64,000 bases of DNA from Stegostoma tigrinum (taxonomy: Eukaryota). The stretch spans positions 20,110,629 through 20,174,628 of the forward strand of contig NC_081391.1 in assembly GCF_030684315.1 (NCBI RefSeq). The letters are read 5' to 3'. How positions within the stretch are numbered: position 1 is the first letter of the stretch; each line of letters starts with the position of its first letter. A program made the position numbers and the translations under genes. The notes under the pieces are model-generated. The model ran no database searches. It was not told where the DNA came from and saw only the letters and a program-made list of their open reading frames with translations. Positions 1 through 15,312 of this stretch are shown one piece after another.

Positions 1-214
1 TCAGCCTTCTGAAGTGGCAGCGTGGGGGTGGATGGTAAGAGACAAGACACATCACTTAAAACGCAAGAAACCAGTGAAAAAAGCAACAAGATCTCCATCC
101 CATTAAGAGAGTGTACAACAGCCAAGAGATTATATCCAAAGCATTAAAATGAAATAATGTTCTAGGCTTAAAGAGGTCTTCATCAGGACAAGATCACATT
201 CCATTAAACCCAAC

Positions 215-1191
215 CTTGATGTCCTACAGGAGGACCCAGCACCCACATTCATTCTGGAATGCCATCAGTTTCTCAGCTGTTCCCATTCCTTCAAGGAGTA
301 GTCCCATGAGAACTCAGCAAAGTGACACAGGGCAACATCTTCCCAGTAAAAGTGAAAGGATTGTAAACAGGGAAACCCATTGGGGTTTGCTGTTAAAGAT
401 CCTTCTCTACTTGAAATGCTTCTTCAGTCAGGCCTGCAGGTTCTGGAAGGGAAAGCCTCCCTTGTCAATCACAACAAAAACAACACCAGAATATGTGGAG
501 GCTCTTTCCTTGTAAAGCAGGAGGGAAGGGAAACAAGCATCTTCCTACAAGTTGGGGGGGGGGGGGGGGGGGCGGCGGCGTGAATATTTCATACTTGACT
601 CCAAATATTAAGCATTAAATGACACCTCATCATTCTGAAAGGCCATATGGTTTAGTGAAAATGGCTCAGCTTCAGTGAGGAAACCTTCCAACACAGAACA
701 GAGTTCCCCACTCTGAAGTGAACTTACAAAGTTTACTAGTAAAGTATTGACAGCAAATAGACCCAGAGATTGAGAGTGTTCCTTCCTCTGGGATTGGAGG
801 TCTTGGGTCACATATGTTCTAGAAGTAAGAGATCAGGTCTCTGGGCAGATTGACTTACTCTAACTATTCAATAGAATAAATCCAATTACATTGAACAAAA
901 GAAAAACAAACAGACTTCTCAGGTCAGACATCAAGATCAAACCATTGAAAGATTATTCACTTCTCAACGTCAGGGGAAGGCCACAGAAGATTCTAACATG
1001 AATTGAATGATGCAGAGAGATCCTACACCCACAATACAAGGAGACCACAGCTTTAAATCTGAAATAAATCCAGAGAACACCACAATCACCATGGAGAGAT
1101 AAACATGGGAGAAAGAAAGCACCAGGTTGATCTGCTTGTTAACAACACCCTCACAGTCCTTGTGGTAGCTCTGATGCACCTGGGAGGCCAT
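215..1191 (-). pseudogene. Ferritin locus A, pseudogene (exons 1-2 visible; exons 3-4 would lie left of the window)
   Basis: Exon 1 at 1191-1090 reads [34 protein letters not shown] (ferroxidase Glu24 changed to Val), followed by a GT donor. Exon 2 at 360-215 is 146 nt instead of 147. Its acceptor reads CAA rather than CAG, it carries a 20-bp inversion at 290-309, and a 1-bp deletion near 277 leads to TGA. Confidence 0.9.
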
Positions 1192-1260
1192 CCTCACTAT
1201 TGCTGCTCACAATCACTTGGACAACTCTAGAACTGAGTCTCCCTCCCACAAGCTCTTGTA

Positions 1261-1415
1261 TTTATACTCCAGAGACCATCCTGCACCAACCAGGGAATGA
1301 CATCACTAACAATGATTGACAATCTCTGACAGCCAATCAGGAATCTGCAAGAACCCAGTCACCAATGAACAGAGGAGGAGGAGAGTGGGGCAATGTGCTC
1401 AGACCCAGAGTCAAT
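1261..1415 (-). promoter_or_regulatory. Promoter of locus A (TATA box plus inverted CCAAT-type boxes)
   Basis: TATAAA at 1266-1261, 75 nt from the ATG. Plus strand carries GGGAATGACATCA and AGCCAATCAG, homologous to the other promoters. Confidence 0.7.
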
Positions 1416-2084
1416 CAGAGATTTGGGTAACAGTCAGGTTGAGATTATTATTCTGTGATAACGAGAGCACTCAGCCTCTCAAACCTGTTCCCCAATTCAA
1501 CTGGATCGGTGCGAGTCTGAGTCTTCATTTAATACCTTTGCCTGGGTTCTGCATCGCATCATATTGCGAACTAACACAGCTCAACAAATCAGTTTCGAAA
1601 TGTCCCAGTGGCTTGCAGAATGTTGGGAGTGATAATGTAATGTTTGAGATTAAGCATCATCACTGATTACCATAGCTTTGATCTGAAGATTATTCCCCCT
1701 TTTCCAGGATTACTTCGCCACAGGAAACAGTACATTGTCTAACGGCACGATTAGATCCATTAATAATCCAAAGTACCTGGATAATATTCGTTCTCGAGTC
1801 TTCCACACTCTTGCAAGGACAAGGCTAGTTGATGTAAACTGTATTCATAACGTAACCAGCTTGGGGCTGAGAAAATGCTGGTGAATCTGTGCTAAGGTCC
1901 CTCAAATAACCCTGTCAGAGCTCAGCACAGCGCTCCAAATGTGCTCTGATGCCACGTCTATGCTGTTGTATTACAACACATGCTGTTTTGTTGTCCAGCC
2001 GGCTTGGGGGGAAACTGAGCACGTTCTGGCCTTTTTAATTCGGCTTTCATATCTGCCCACTGCCACACGGTTATTACGGTGCTG

Positions 2085-2685
2085 ATGGTGACCATTCGGC
2101 CCATCGTATCCACCACCAACTCGCTGAGCGTTTCACCTCTTGCCATTCTCCTGCACTGTCCCTGTAATCTCCATGTTATTCCCTTTCAGATATCAGTCCT
2201 ATTCCCTTTTGAATGCGTGAATTGAACCTGCCTCCAACACACTCTCGGACTATACATTTCACACCCTATCCACTCGCTGTGTTGGAAGGTTTTTATTTTC
2301 GCAGATCACTTCAGCTTCTTTTGCCAATTTTAAACCTGTGCCGTCTTGCACCTGACCTTTTCACAAATGGGAACATCGTGCCACTGTTTGTTCTTTCTGG
2401 ATCCGTATTTGCGCCATGTGCTTTCCAGAGAGACAAGTCCCAGCTTCTCCAATATATCCTCACACCTGAAATTCCTCATTCCTGGAGCCATTCCAGGAAG
2501 CCTCTTCTGCACTCGCTCCTATACCTCCACTCTTTCCTTCAGTGTGATGTGCAAAACGAGACACAGTATTCCTGTTGGGGGTCAAACTTAAGCAGGTTCA
2601 GCATAATCACCTTGCTCTTGTACACTTGCCCCTACTAATAAAGCTCAGGGCACAGGGTGCTTTATTAACGATTCTCTTAAACACT
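2085..2685 (-). mobile_element. Degenerate CR1-type LINE 3' fragment (copies at about 20800-21395 and 54825-55425)
   Basis: Minus-strand remnant VLETVQRRLPGMAPGMRNFRCEDILEKLELFSLE (seen in the 55 kb copy) matches the CR1 ORF2 C-terminal motif LERVQRRFTRM..G......RL..L.LFSLE. Confidence 0.75.
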
Positions 2686-2688
2686 CCT

Positions 2689-4090
2689 CAGAGATAATGG
2701 GAACTGCAGATGCTGGAGAATCTGAGATAACAAAGTGTAGAGCTGGATGGACACAGCAGGTCAAGCAGCATCTCAGGAGCACAAAAGATGATGTTTTGGG
2801 CCCAGACCCTTCATCAGCAAAGGGGGATGGGGAGAGAATTCTGAAATAAATAGGGAGAGAGGGGTAGGCAGACTGAAGATGGATAGAGAAGGCAGTTGGA
2901 GAGGAGAGTATGGGTGTGGAGGGAGAGAGGGATAGGTCAGTCCGGGGAGGTCGGACAGGTCAAAGGGGCCGGGTGAGGTTAGGAGGTAGGAAATGGAGGT
3001 GTGGCTTGTGGAAGGAGGAGGGGCTAGGTGAGAGGAAGAACAGGTTAAGGAGGCTGGGACAAGCTGGGCTGGTTTTGGGATGCGGTGGGGGCAGGGGACA
3101 AGCTGCGCTGGTTTTGGAATGCAGTGGGAGGAGGGGAGATTTTGAAGCTGGTCAAATCCACAATGATACCATTAGGCTGCAGAGTTCCCAAGCGGAATAT
3201 GAGTTGCTGATCCTGCAACCTACGGGTGGCATCATTATGGCACTGCAGGAAGACCAGGATGGACATGTCGTCACAGGAACGGGAGGGGGAGTTGAAATGG
3301 TTCACGACTGGGAGGTGCAGTTGTTTACTGCAAACCGAGCGTAGGTGTTCGGCAAAGTGGTCCCCAATGTGGAGGAAGCCACGCCATGTACCGCAGATGC
3401 CGTTTCCCACATTGACGGATGTGCAGGTGAACATCTGCTTGATGTGGAAAGTGATCTTGGGGCCTGGGAAGGGGGCGAGGGGGCAGGTGTCGCACTTCCT
3501 GCGATTGTAGCAGAAAGTGCTGGTGGTGGAGTTGGATTGTAGATGGTGGAAAGTGCCTGGTGTGGTGGGGTTGGACGGGAGTGTGGAGCGGACAAGGGCG
3601 CCGCGGAGGGAGTGGCGTCCCTGAAGGCAGACAATGGTGGGGATAGAAAAATGTCTTTGGTGGTGGAGTTGGATTGTAGATGGTGGAAGTGTCGGGCGAC
3701 GATGCGTTGTTTCCAGAGGTTGGTTGTGTGATGTGAGGACAAGATGGATCCTCTTGGGGAAGTTATTGCGACGGTGGTGAGGGATGAATTACGGGTAATG
3801 TGGGAGATGAGATTGAGGATGTTCTCACCCAAAGCAACGAGGAATTGGCAAGTGGCGGTCCTGTAAGAACGAGGACATCTGGGATGTGCAGGAGTGGAAT
3901 GCCTCTCCTTGGAGCAGAGGTGAAGGAATTGGCAATAGGGGATGGAGTTTTTGCAGGAAGGTGGGTTGGAGGGGGCGTATTCCAGGTAGCTGTGGGCTCG
4001 AAATGGACATCCGTTTGTAGGTCGTTGCCTGCGATGGAGACAGAAGGTCTGGGAAGGTGAGGGGTGTGTTGGTGGTGAAAGGACCATCTC
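2689..4090 (-). mobile_element. Penelope-like retroelement, 5'-truncated and degenerate
   Basis: Minus-strand remnants KNSIPYCQFLHL, FTCTSVNV..., HFAEHLRS...PVVNHFNS and LIFRLGTLQPNG resemble the Penelope-like RT C-terminus and GIY-YIG endonuclease. The 3' end contains a CTGATGAAGGG...CCC motif. Confidence 0.8.
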
Positions 4091-5804
4091 CAATGACGTC
4101 ATGCAATTACACCATGCAGTTCACGCACTCCTGCACCCTCTTTAGAAATGCACCTTTTATTTTGTATTGTCTCTACATGCTTTTCCCCCCCATTTTTTGT
4201 GCTTTGAACTTCACCTGCCACTTGCTTGCCGATTCCACCAATATTTCTGTGCCGTTTTGAGGTTCTACGCCATTGCCCTCATGCTAGGTTTCTTATCTTG
4301 TACAAACTCTGAAATTGCATCCTTTATGCCAAGGTCTAAGTCATTAGTTTGCTTTTGAAAAAGCCTGGCTCCTCCCCCTAACCTGTGGAACTCCACTACA
4401 AACCATCCCCCTCGTCCAAAGAGCATCCATTCGCATCACTTATGTTTCCAGTAATGCAGCCAACTCCATATCCCTGTCACTGCGCTGTCGTTCATTACAG
4501 GGTCTTTAACGTTGTTCACAAATCTACAGTGTGGCACTGCATTACTTGTCTTTAGGAAGCCCATGTAGACCCCACAAACAACAGCCCTCTCGCCTAACTC
4601 GTCAAAGTACTTGTGCTAGATAGTTAAACGTGATTTTCCTTTTGAGGAGATCGGGCATGGATGTCCCAAAGATTCACCTTCATCCATGTAACTATTATGC
4701 AATTTTCTACTCACCTCCCTTACTTGCTGTCTTCCACTCCCCAACATCACTCATGGAAATGCCAGGCGTCTACTCCTTCACTTATCCCATTTGGAAATGG
4801 AACGAAAAGCTGCTGCTAAAGGACAATGCATCTAGAAGTTAATGCCTCTTCTCAGTATTCATAATTTATTGCACCTACTAATTTCCAATTTCAAAACTAT
4901 TTCTCAAGTAGATTTAAAAGATCCACTCCCCACCCAAGGCCCCGAACCTGCCATTTCCAAATACATGCTGTATATGTTGCTTGGCTTCTATTCATGGAGA
5001 GCTTAGCAATGTTGGAGCTGTAAGAGTTTGCAAATAGGACCTCTCCTCAGCAATTTCTGTACCCTGTTCCCCTGCTGAGAGCTTCACTTCAGACAAACAA
5101 GAGGAAAAGAAGTGACCCCAACAATGTTTGACTGCTGTGTATATAAAGCTATTGGGAGGTATGGAAGGGTAGGAGGAAGTAAGTAGTAGTTTGTTGGGGG
5201 GGGGGGGGTGGTGGGTGGGGTACAGTGTTGAAGAAGAAAGACAAAAGCTTGGAATCCAACTCCGCCTCCTTTTGTTATTCATCTGCTAAAAACTTCAGTC
5301 CCCCCAAAAAAAAGCAGAACAAATCCACAAGCTGCAGCTGGGAGGTTGGGGCAGCCCTTGCAGCCTGCAAACTTACAAAGAGTTCACTTGACCCTTGCTG
5401 CTGTTGGAAGAAGGGCAGATTAGACACTAGGTGCTTCCTCTGTCCTAAAGAGATCCAGAGAGCAAAGTCACGTCACTAAGTGGTGCACACCTGGAAGGCT
5501 AATGTAACACTAAAAAGGAAAGGGGAAACACCTCATTTACAAATTTGCCATGAAAAATGTATGTTCCATATGTGCATAAAATTTCTGCTACCTTTGGAGG
5601 AAGATATAGAAGTAAGTGACATTTCTATTGTGGATTTTTTCAGTCAAGTTTCCTGGTTAGCTGTTGGTAATTTAGTTACTTTAAAAAACAAAGAGCCAAA
5701 ACCCAATTCCACAAAGACTTGTATTTCCATTTGGAATGGCAGACAGAGGCAAAGTGGTCTTCAGAATTAGGTCAGGAATGGACAAAGTTCTTCCATAACC
5801 CCAT

Positions 5805-8900
<3,096 letters not shown>

Positions 8901-8967
8901 CTTCACACCTAATTACAAAAAGCAAACTCAAACAACAGCCTAACCCCACCTCCCATGAGCTCTAGTA

Positions 8968-9120
8968 TTTATGTGAATGGGAATCTGCATTCCAACAGGA
9001 AATGTTATCACCAATAGTGCTTGGCTATTAGGGATTTCCAATCAGCAGCCTCCCATGAATACAGGCATTAATTAGGGAGAGGTGCTGGGGGGAGCTATGT
9101 ACAAAGCAGAGCCAATCGGA
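8968..9120 (-). promoter_or_regulatory. Promoter of locus B (CATAAA TATA variant, CCAAT boxes); homologue at about 42423-42575 for H
   Basis: CATAAATA occupies the TATA position, and CCAAT occurs three times upstream on the plus strand. Confidence 0.6.
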
Positions 9121-9329
9121 GCAGTGGGAAACCAGCAGGTTTCAACAGTTTGGGCCATGGGAACAGGAGGAGACCATTCAGCCCCTCAAACCTATTTCAG
9201 TATATAATTGGATCTTGGCTGGTCTGCTTTTCAGTTCCATATGAACAACCTTCTTCCATAAAGCGGAATCATAGAATCCCATCACAAATTCACCAAAGAT
9301 CCTCAGATTGCACCTTTCAAGCAGATGAC

Positions 9330-10285
9330 CATTTCCATCCAGACAGACAAGGGCAGCAGACACGTGAGACCACCACCAACTTCAAGCTCCCCTCCGAGCC
9401 ACTCACCATCCCGACTTGGAAATATGTTGGCGTGCCTTCAGTGTCTCTGGGTGGAAATCCTGGAATTCTCTCTGTACGGCCATCGGGGTCGACATGGGCT
9501 TCATGAAGGCAGTTGAACCCCACCTTCTCAAGGGGAATCTAGCAATGTACAATAAATGCTGGCCCAACCCATGACTGCCCTTGTCCCGCAAGTGAATACT
9601 CAAAAAAATTACAGTGCCGTAGGAGGCCATTTGGCCAATTGTGCTGCACCAGATCCATTGTGCTCATCTCTTGCCATGTCCCTGCACATCACCACGATCA
9701 CAAAAGAAAACCCAATGCTCTCTTCAAAGCTCTTCAAAGCTTCAATTGTATGTGCCCTCCCCACGTCTCCAGGCAGCACATTGCACATACTCTCCACATT
9801 CTGTTTAAAAATGTTTTTTTTTTCTCACTTTACCCTTGCTTTGTTTGCACATCACTTTAACTTTTTCTCTCGTTGACTCTATCAAATCAATTAATCAGCT
9901 TCAAATCTTAATAATAATTCTTCCTTGTTCTTCTACACTCACAGGAACTTGAGGTTTTAAAAAATGTTGTTTTGGGATGTTGGCATCACTGGCGGGGTGT
10001 GTATTTATTGCCCATCCCTAGTTTCCTCTTGAGAAGGTGGTGGTGAGTTGCCTTTGTGAACAGTTGCAATGTCCATCTGGTGCAGATAGACTCAGATTGC
10101 CCCTAAGGAGAGAATTCCAGAAATCTGACTGATTTAACACTGCAGTGACACTGAAGGGACGGTAATATATTTCCAAGCCAGGATGGTGGATGGCTTGGAG
10201 GGGAACCTGCAGGGGGTGGTGTTCCCACGTATCTACTGCCCTTGTCTGAGCAGATGGAAGTGGATGTGGCTTTGGAAGGAGCTGT
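9330..10285. mobile_element. Two oppositely oriented 3' fragments of one LINE family (+ about 9330-9600; - about 9970-10285); duplicates at about 42785-43060 and 44010-44325
   Basis: cagacaagggcagcagacacgtg...gacttggaaatat is mirrored by atatttccaagccaggatgg...cacgtatctactgcccttgtctg. The family (possibly L2) is uncertain. Confidence 0.6.
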
Positions 10286-11499
10286 CAAAATACCTGAATT
10301 TCATCTTCAATGCAAATTGCCTTCATTGTTTAACCCTTTCGACCTGTTGTCATCCTGTGCTGCATTCCCTCAAAGACTCAGAGATCGAGACCTGAATACA
10401 GTATCATAGATATGCACTCACTGGCATTTAATAAATGGTAGCAAAACTGTCCGATCAATAACATGGGGGCATCATTTTAAGGTGAAGAGCAGTAGGTTTA
10501 GAGGGGATTTGCCAAAAACATTTTTCACCCAGATGGTGTGATGGGAATCTGGAATGCACTGTGTGGGAGGGTAGTAGAGATGGGAAACATCACAACTTTT
10601 GAAACGTACATGGATGGGCACTTGAAGTGTCATTACACTCAAGGCTATAGGTGAAGTGCTAGAAAGTGAGATGAGTGTAGATAGGTCAGCACAGACCTGA
10701 TGTCTATGGCCCGAATGTCGATCTCTTTGTAATCCAGACAATTCTGTGCCTGTCCACCAGCTCTTGCAATTTCTGCAGATGGATCCCATAACCTTATGGT
10801 CACCACCAATTCTGTTCCCCGAATGTCACAGTTTAGCTAATTTCTCTTTCTTGTTCCGAAGTGCATGGCCTCACTCTTCCTCACATTGAGGCCTGCCTGC
10901 TGCTGTTTGCTCATTCATTTCAACAATGGCTTGTTGCAAACTTTCAGGTCCCATCCACACCATCCACTTTGTCGCTTAACTTTGTTTTGTCAGGAAATTT
11001 GGACATATATCTCTCGAGTCCTTCATCTACGTCAATCTGTCAATGTGAAACTGAAGCCCAAGTGGAGATCCCTGGGAGTGAGAGTCAAATTTTGTCAATC
11101 AAAGTTGGCAGCCATTCTGTCAGCCACCTTCCCCCTTCCCAATTCCCAACCCATGTCCAACAGTAACTTCCTATTGTACGCGCATGCATTTTTCCTAATT
11201 ATGTCATGGATACTCGTCATTGTGGGAATTGATTTTAGTTGCTTTGACTGTTCTCAAACTGATAGCATCAGTCCTCCAGGTCAGAGCTCCCCAATTCACC
11301 TTAGGGTTTGACGAGTTTGTAAATGAATATTTCTCCCTGTACATGATGTCGAATTAAATGACATCTGAAGGTTTGAAGCATCTCTCATCTGATCCAGAAG
11401 AGGTCAGGGACACTGACACTGATCACAGCAGTTGAGGATATTACCCTGCACGAGATAGCCTGCAGCAAATCTGCAAATCCACCAGTCACACTGGGAAAA

Positions 11500-11595
11500 C
11501 AGAGATAATGGGAACTGCAGATGCTGGAGAATCCAGGATAACAAAGTGTGGAGCTGGATGAACACAGCAGGCCCAGCAACATGTCAGGAGCACAA
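11500..11595 (-). mobile_element. Short Penelope-like 3' terminal insertion with a target-site duplication (duplicate at 45540-45635)
   Basis: Begins cagagataatgggaactgcagatgctggag and is flanked by acactgggaaaacag (11488-11502) and acactgggggaaacag (11595-11610). Confidence 0.75.
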
Positions 11596-12922
11596 CACTG
11601 GGGGAAACAGACAGGATGCCTCTATCGGAATCCTATCACTCCCATTGCTGTTAAGTTTCATGTAAAGCTTTATCCGATCAAGCTCAGGAGCTCTATCATC
11701 CATTCCTTCTTCTGTAAGGAAGTTGCCTGTTGGATTTCTCTTAGATTTGAGAAAAAAAATATGAAAAGCAGTATTAATCTCAGGACGAGAATCAATTCTT
11801 TTGGTATTTCCTGACACCAGAAAATATAGTCCTTTCAATTTAGAGTGCAGGAAATTGTTAAACAAATTGCAGCACGAGAATCGATGTCCAGTACCAGATT
11901 TAAGTCCTGCATGATAATGTCTCACTTCTGCACCCCTGCCCTCCTCAGGACTGACTCTGAGCACTGCAGCATATGGAAAATGACTATTCAGTTAGTTTGC
12001 GACATCCAGGGTAAGCACCAGGATTCCTTACTCATTTAATTGCATGCTTGTGACAAAAAAAAATGGGAGGTAGCGTCCACGTGGCGGACTCCCAGTGCAA
12101 TGGCCACCTACCTCTGTACAACAGAGACTATCACTGGTGTGTCTCGCAAGCCAGCCGGCAAGCAGGCTGTTGTTTGGATAATGAGTGCTTTCCTGAAGTT
12201 TGGCAGAGGGCACAGTTGATTGTCATAAACTCAGCTGTGTTAGCTGTTAATTGCCAGTGCCGAGGGCAGAAAGTAAAAGGAAGCATCAGCCCACCCACTA
12301 TTAAACTTGGGGAGAAAAAAAAAAAGAGTTTTCTAACCACGTGCCAGCAGAATGTATTTCACATGTGCACCAACTACATTGCTGAGATGCTCGAGTCACA
12401 CGTAGGCCAGATCAGGTAATGGTAGCAGATTTCACTCCTCAAGAAAGATTAGTCAAACAGAAGAATGGTAGATATGCAAAACTGTCAGATAGTAAACTGC
12501 CCTGATACACCGGCTGTCTCTTTAGGTCTTTAAGGATTCTGCAAGCTCTCAGCTCACATTTGGAAGAAAGTTGAGCACCGGCTGCCAAACCTCAGTAAAG
12601 TAAGGAACTGCAAAAGCATGTTTAAGAGAAGTGTTGTGTAGTGACAGCATCGCTAGACCAGGGTGGTCAGATTTGAGCCCCACCTGAGAGGTGATTAACA
12701 TCCAAAAATGAATTGATTAGCAGAGGGTTCAACTGTGTCAAAAGGTGACAGAAGCACCTGCCATACAACCTAGATATGATGGATCTGAACAAAAATCAGT
12801 TATTCAATTTCACTAAAAGTGTTTCTTCATTATGGAGATTTTAGTTTCCAATTCAACAAGGGTAGATAAAGTTTCTAAAAGACTAATCCATTTACAGCAC
12901 TGATGGGATTCTAAAATCCCAC

Positions 12923-15243
12923 TCAGCTGAGTGTGAGCCTGTCAAACAGGTACTCTCCCATGCCATTGTCAGGGGCTCCCAGTCTCTTCAGGTTGGTGAT
13001 GTGATCTCCCAGCTTCTTGATCATCTTCTCTTGCTCATCCAAGTAGTGCCTCTCCAGGAAGTCACACAGCTGGAACAAACAGCCAGAATGTAAAGTTAGA
13101 GCAGACATAAACATGAAGAATCACACCATTGCATTTTTGAAGTGATTATAGGTGTGTACAAGTGCATTTATTTGCGAGCAGCTTGCTCTCCAGAAACAAT
13201 GAATAGACTGGAATAGCTTTATTGGCAACTATGCTATTTTAGAAGTGGTTATAGAAAGCCCGGTTTGCCCACAGGGGTCAAACTGTCATTTTTCTGAATT
13301 GTGTGGAAGTTTGTAAATACATGAACCTCACACCAAGTCAGCAGGGCACCTATCAGTGCCTGACATCTATGGTCACGATGGCTGCTTCTCGAGTACTGGA
13401 GAACAGCAAGCCTATGCTAATAGAAGAGCAAGAGCAGATTCCCATGTCACCTTCAGCTCCCTCGAAACATTCATCCCATCAGGAACACACATGAGGGTCT
13501 GTGTTGCCAGAGGCGAGTTTGTGCAGATCCAGCAGACTCTGGTTCACATCCTTCTCCATCTGCAGAGCTGTCTGCATTGCCTCCAGACCACTGCCCCACT
13601 CATCCTGCTCTGGCTTCTGGAGGGAGAAAGCTAGTCATTTGTGTGGTTAGAAGGTCCAAGACTCATATGAGAGCAAGGAAATGGAGACATCTGGTAATCT
13701 GTGCTAAATCCAAACAAAGCATGAAAATCAATTCAAAATTCAGATAAGGTCATGGAGACCATTATCAGACATTTGATCCATCATGAAGAACTGCTGACAG
13801 ATCAGGATTTAAAAACTGGCTGAAACAGTTGGACAACATTACCTGTATTCAGGCAAGTCTACAGTAATGTGTCATAGTCTAAACTGACATTTGGGCCAGG
13901 TCAGTGCTAAAACCCTTTCATTCTGAGCATTCAGATTTGTTGCTTTTTAAGAAAGGCGAGAATTAGCAAAACCAACTCATAACAAGCTGAGACTTTCTAT
14001 CAAGACGCTTCACTCATCTCCACACAAGATGTACAGGGGAGTCTAGAACAGCAAGGCCATTGTACAAGCAGGAAACTACACAATTTACATTTACTCTACA
14101 AGACAGAATCCAACCTTGATGTCCTGCAGGAGGACACGGCCTCCACGTTTATTCTGGAATGCCAGAAGTTTCTCAGCATGTTCCCATTCCTCATGGGACT
14201 GCTCCTTGAAGAAATCAGCAAAGTGACGCAGGGCAACATCATCCTGGTCAAAGAGAGAGAACTGTGTAAAAAGAAACAAAGTGGGAAAGTTGCTCAGTCA
14301 CCGAAGTGACCGTCCATCAGAAAGTAACCCAGTCACCATCATGAATCATCAGAGTTAGGTGAGGGAATGGAGGAATGTTGGCAGGACAAAAGCAGAGAAA
14401 TCATCCCCGTGGAATATGGCCCAAATAGCAGGCATTAGGTTTAGTTTTCCATGAGGGAAGTAAAAGCCAACTGCAACCACTGGCCTGACAGTGCCCTATG
14501 AAGTCAGTTAGTCACAGCCATGAGGCATCCCTATTGCTCAGCACTGGAAGCTGGTCCGGACATGACCAACTGAGGCAGGATGTTGGCTTGTCGACTAACA
14601 GAGCCAGAAGTCTGTCAGCTCCCTCATCAACAAATCTAGTTTCGAGTCTATTCGGCATGGATGCCCAAGTAGAAAATCATACTTGGCATGCAGATTTTCA
14701 ATCAAAATCAAATAGCAACACTTCATCCTCATATTCAGTAGCTAGTAGTCTTTTGCTCCTCAAAAGAGAAGGAGCCAGGTTAATTTGGCAACTTAAAAGG
14801 TAGAAGTTGATGGGAGAAAGTTTCAACAAGCAGAGTGATTTTTATAAGTTCTTCAGCCAATAAAATAGGGTTAAAGTTAGCAGCAAAGCCAGCTTACCCC
14901 TCTGTAGCACCAGCCATACACTGTCCAGAAGAACAATAAGGGCAGGGGACCCTCAAGGGTGAGTTTCAATTTAAGAAACACCTACATTTAAGTGTTCAGT
15001 ATTAAGTGTGTTAGCTGGATTCAGTCAGGGAAGCAGGAGACTCCAGATACATTCTGCAGGTAGTTCATTGAACCAGAAAACACCAAAAGCCTCATCACAA
15101 TTATAATCACAGCCTTAAGTCTTGAAGCAATCAAGCTTCACCACAGAGAGGTAAACATAGGAGGAATAGAGCTCCAGGTTGATCTGCTTGTTAACAGCAT
15201 CCTCACAGTCCTTGTGGTAGTTCTGACACACTTGGGAGGCCAT
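12923..15243 (-). CDS. Ferritin heavy/middle-subunit-like, locus C, intact, 173 aa
   Basis: Exons 15243-15142, 14261-14115, 13616-13491 and 13069-12923 with GT-AG junctions and an open frame. Variants include SHEEWEH and DEQEKM. Confidence 0.93.
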
Positions 15244-15312
15244 TGTCACTCTCCCTGCTCACTATCACCTAGACAGCTCTCATATCAAGTCTTTGTACCA
15301 CAAGCTCCAGTA

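Larger units (their letters stand above)
1985..5800. repeat. 3'-flank module (old CR1 fragment + Penelope-like element + about 1.7 kb of flank), repeated at about 20694-24440, 30945-33180 (partial) and 54721-58470
   Basis: Shared sequence such as tgttttgttgtccagccggcttgggggg and gaggaagatatagaagt lies downstream of genes B, E, G and K. Confidence 0.92.

Noticed and set aside
553-580. Long G-run as a G-quadruplex element
   Set aside because: It is a single homopolymer in a pseudogene intron, of unreliable length and with no conservation evidence.
3302-4102. 266-aa ORF, the longest in the track
   Set aside because: It is a frame-hopping read through a degenerate Penelope-like element and only partly matches the element protein. 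It is not a host gene.
5368-5420. Possible micro-exon on the minus strand (CTTCTTCCAACAG...GTAAGT)
   Set aside because: The GT donor is absent in the three paralogous flanks (E, G, K), so it is likely chance.
5480-5770. Plus-strand ORFs of about 100 aa recurring downstream of B, E, G and K
   Set aside because: The recurrence reflects the duplicated flank. Starts and stops differ between copies, they overlap ferritin 3' ends in antisense and show no recognisable domain.
12897-12922. CAGTGC on the gene strand just after the stop codon of C (and I), a candidate 3' IRE
   Set aside because: The five bases on either side (CCCAT and TGTAA) do not pair into the IRE upper stem. The real hairpin nearby (GTGGGATT/AATCCCAT) excludes the CAGTGC.
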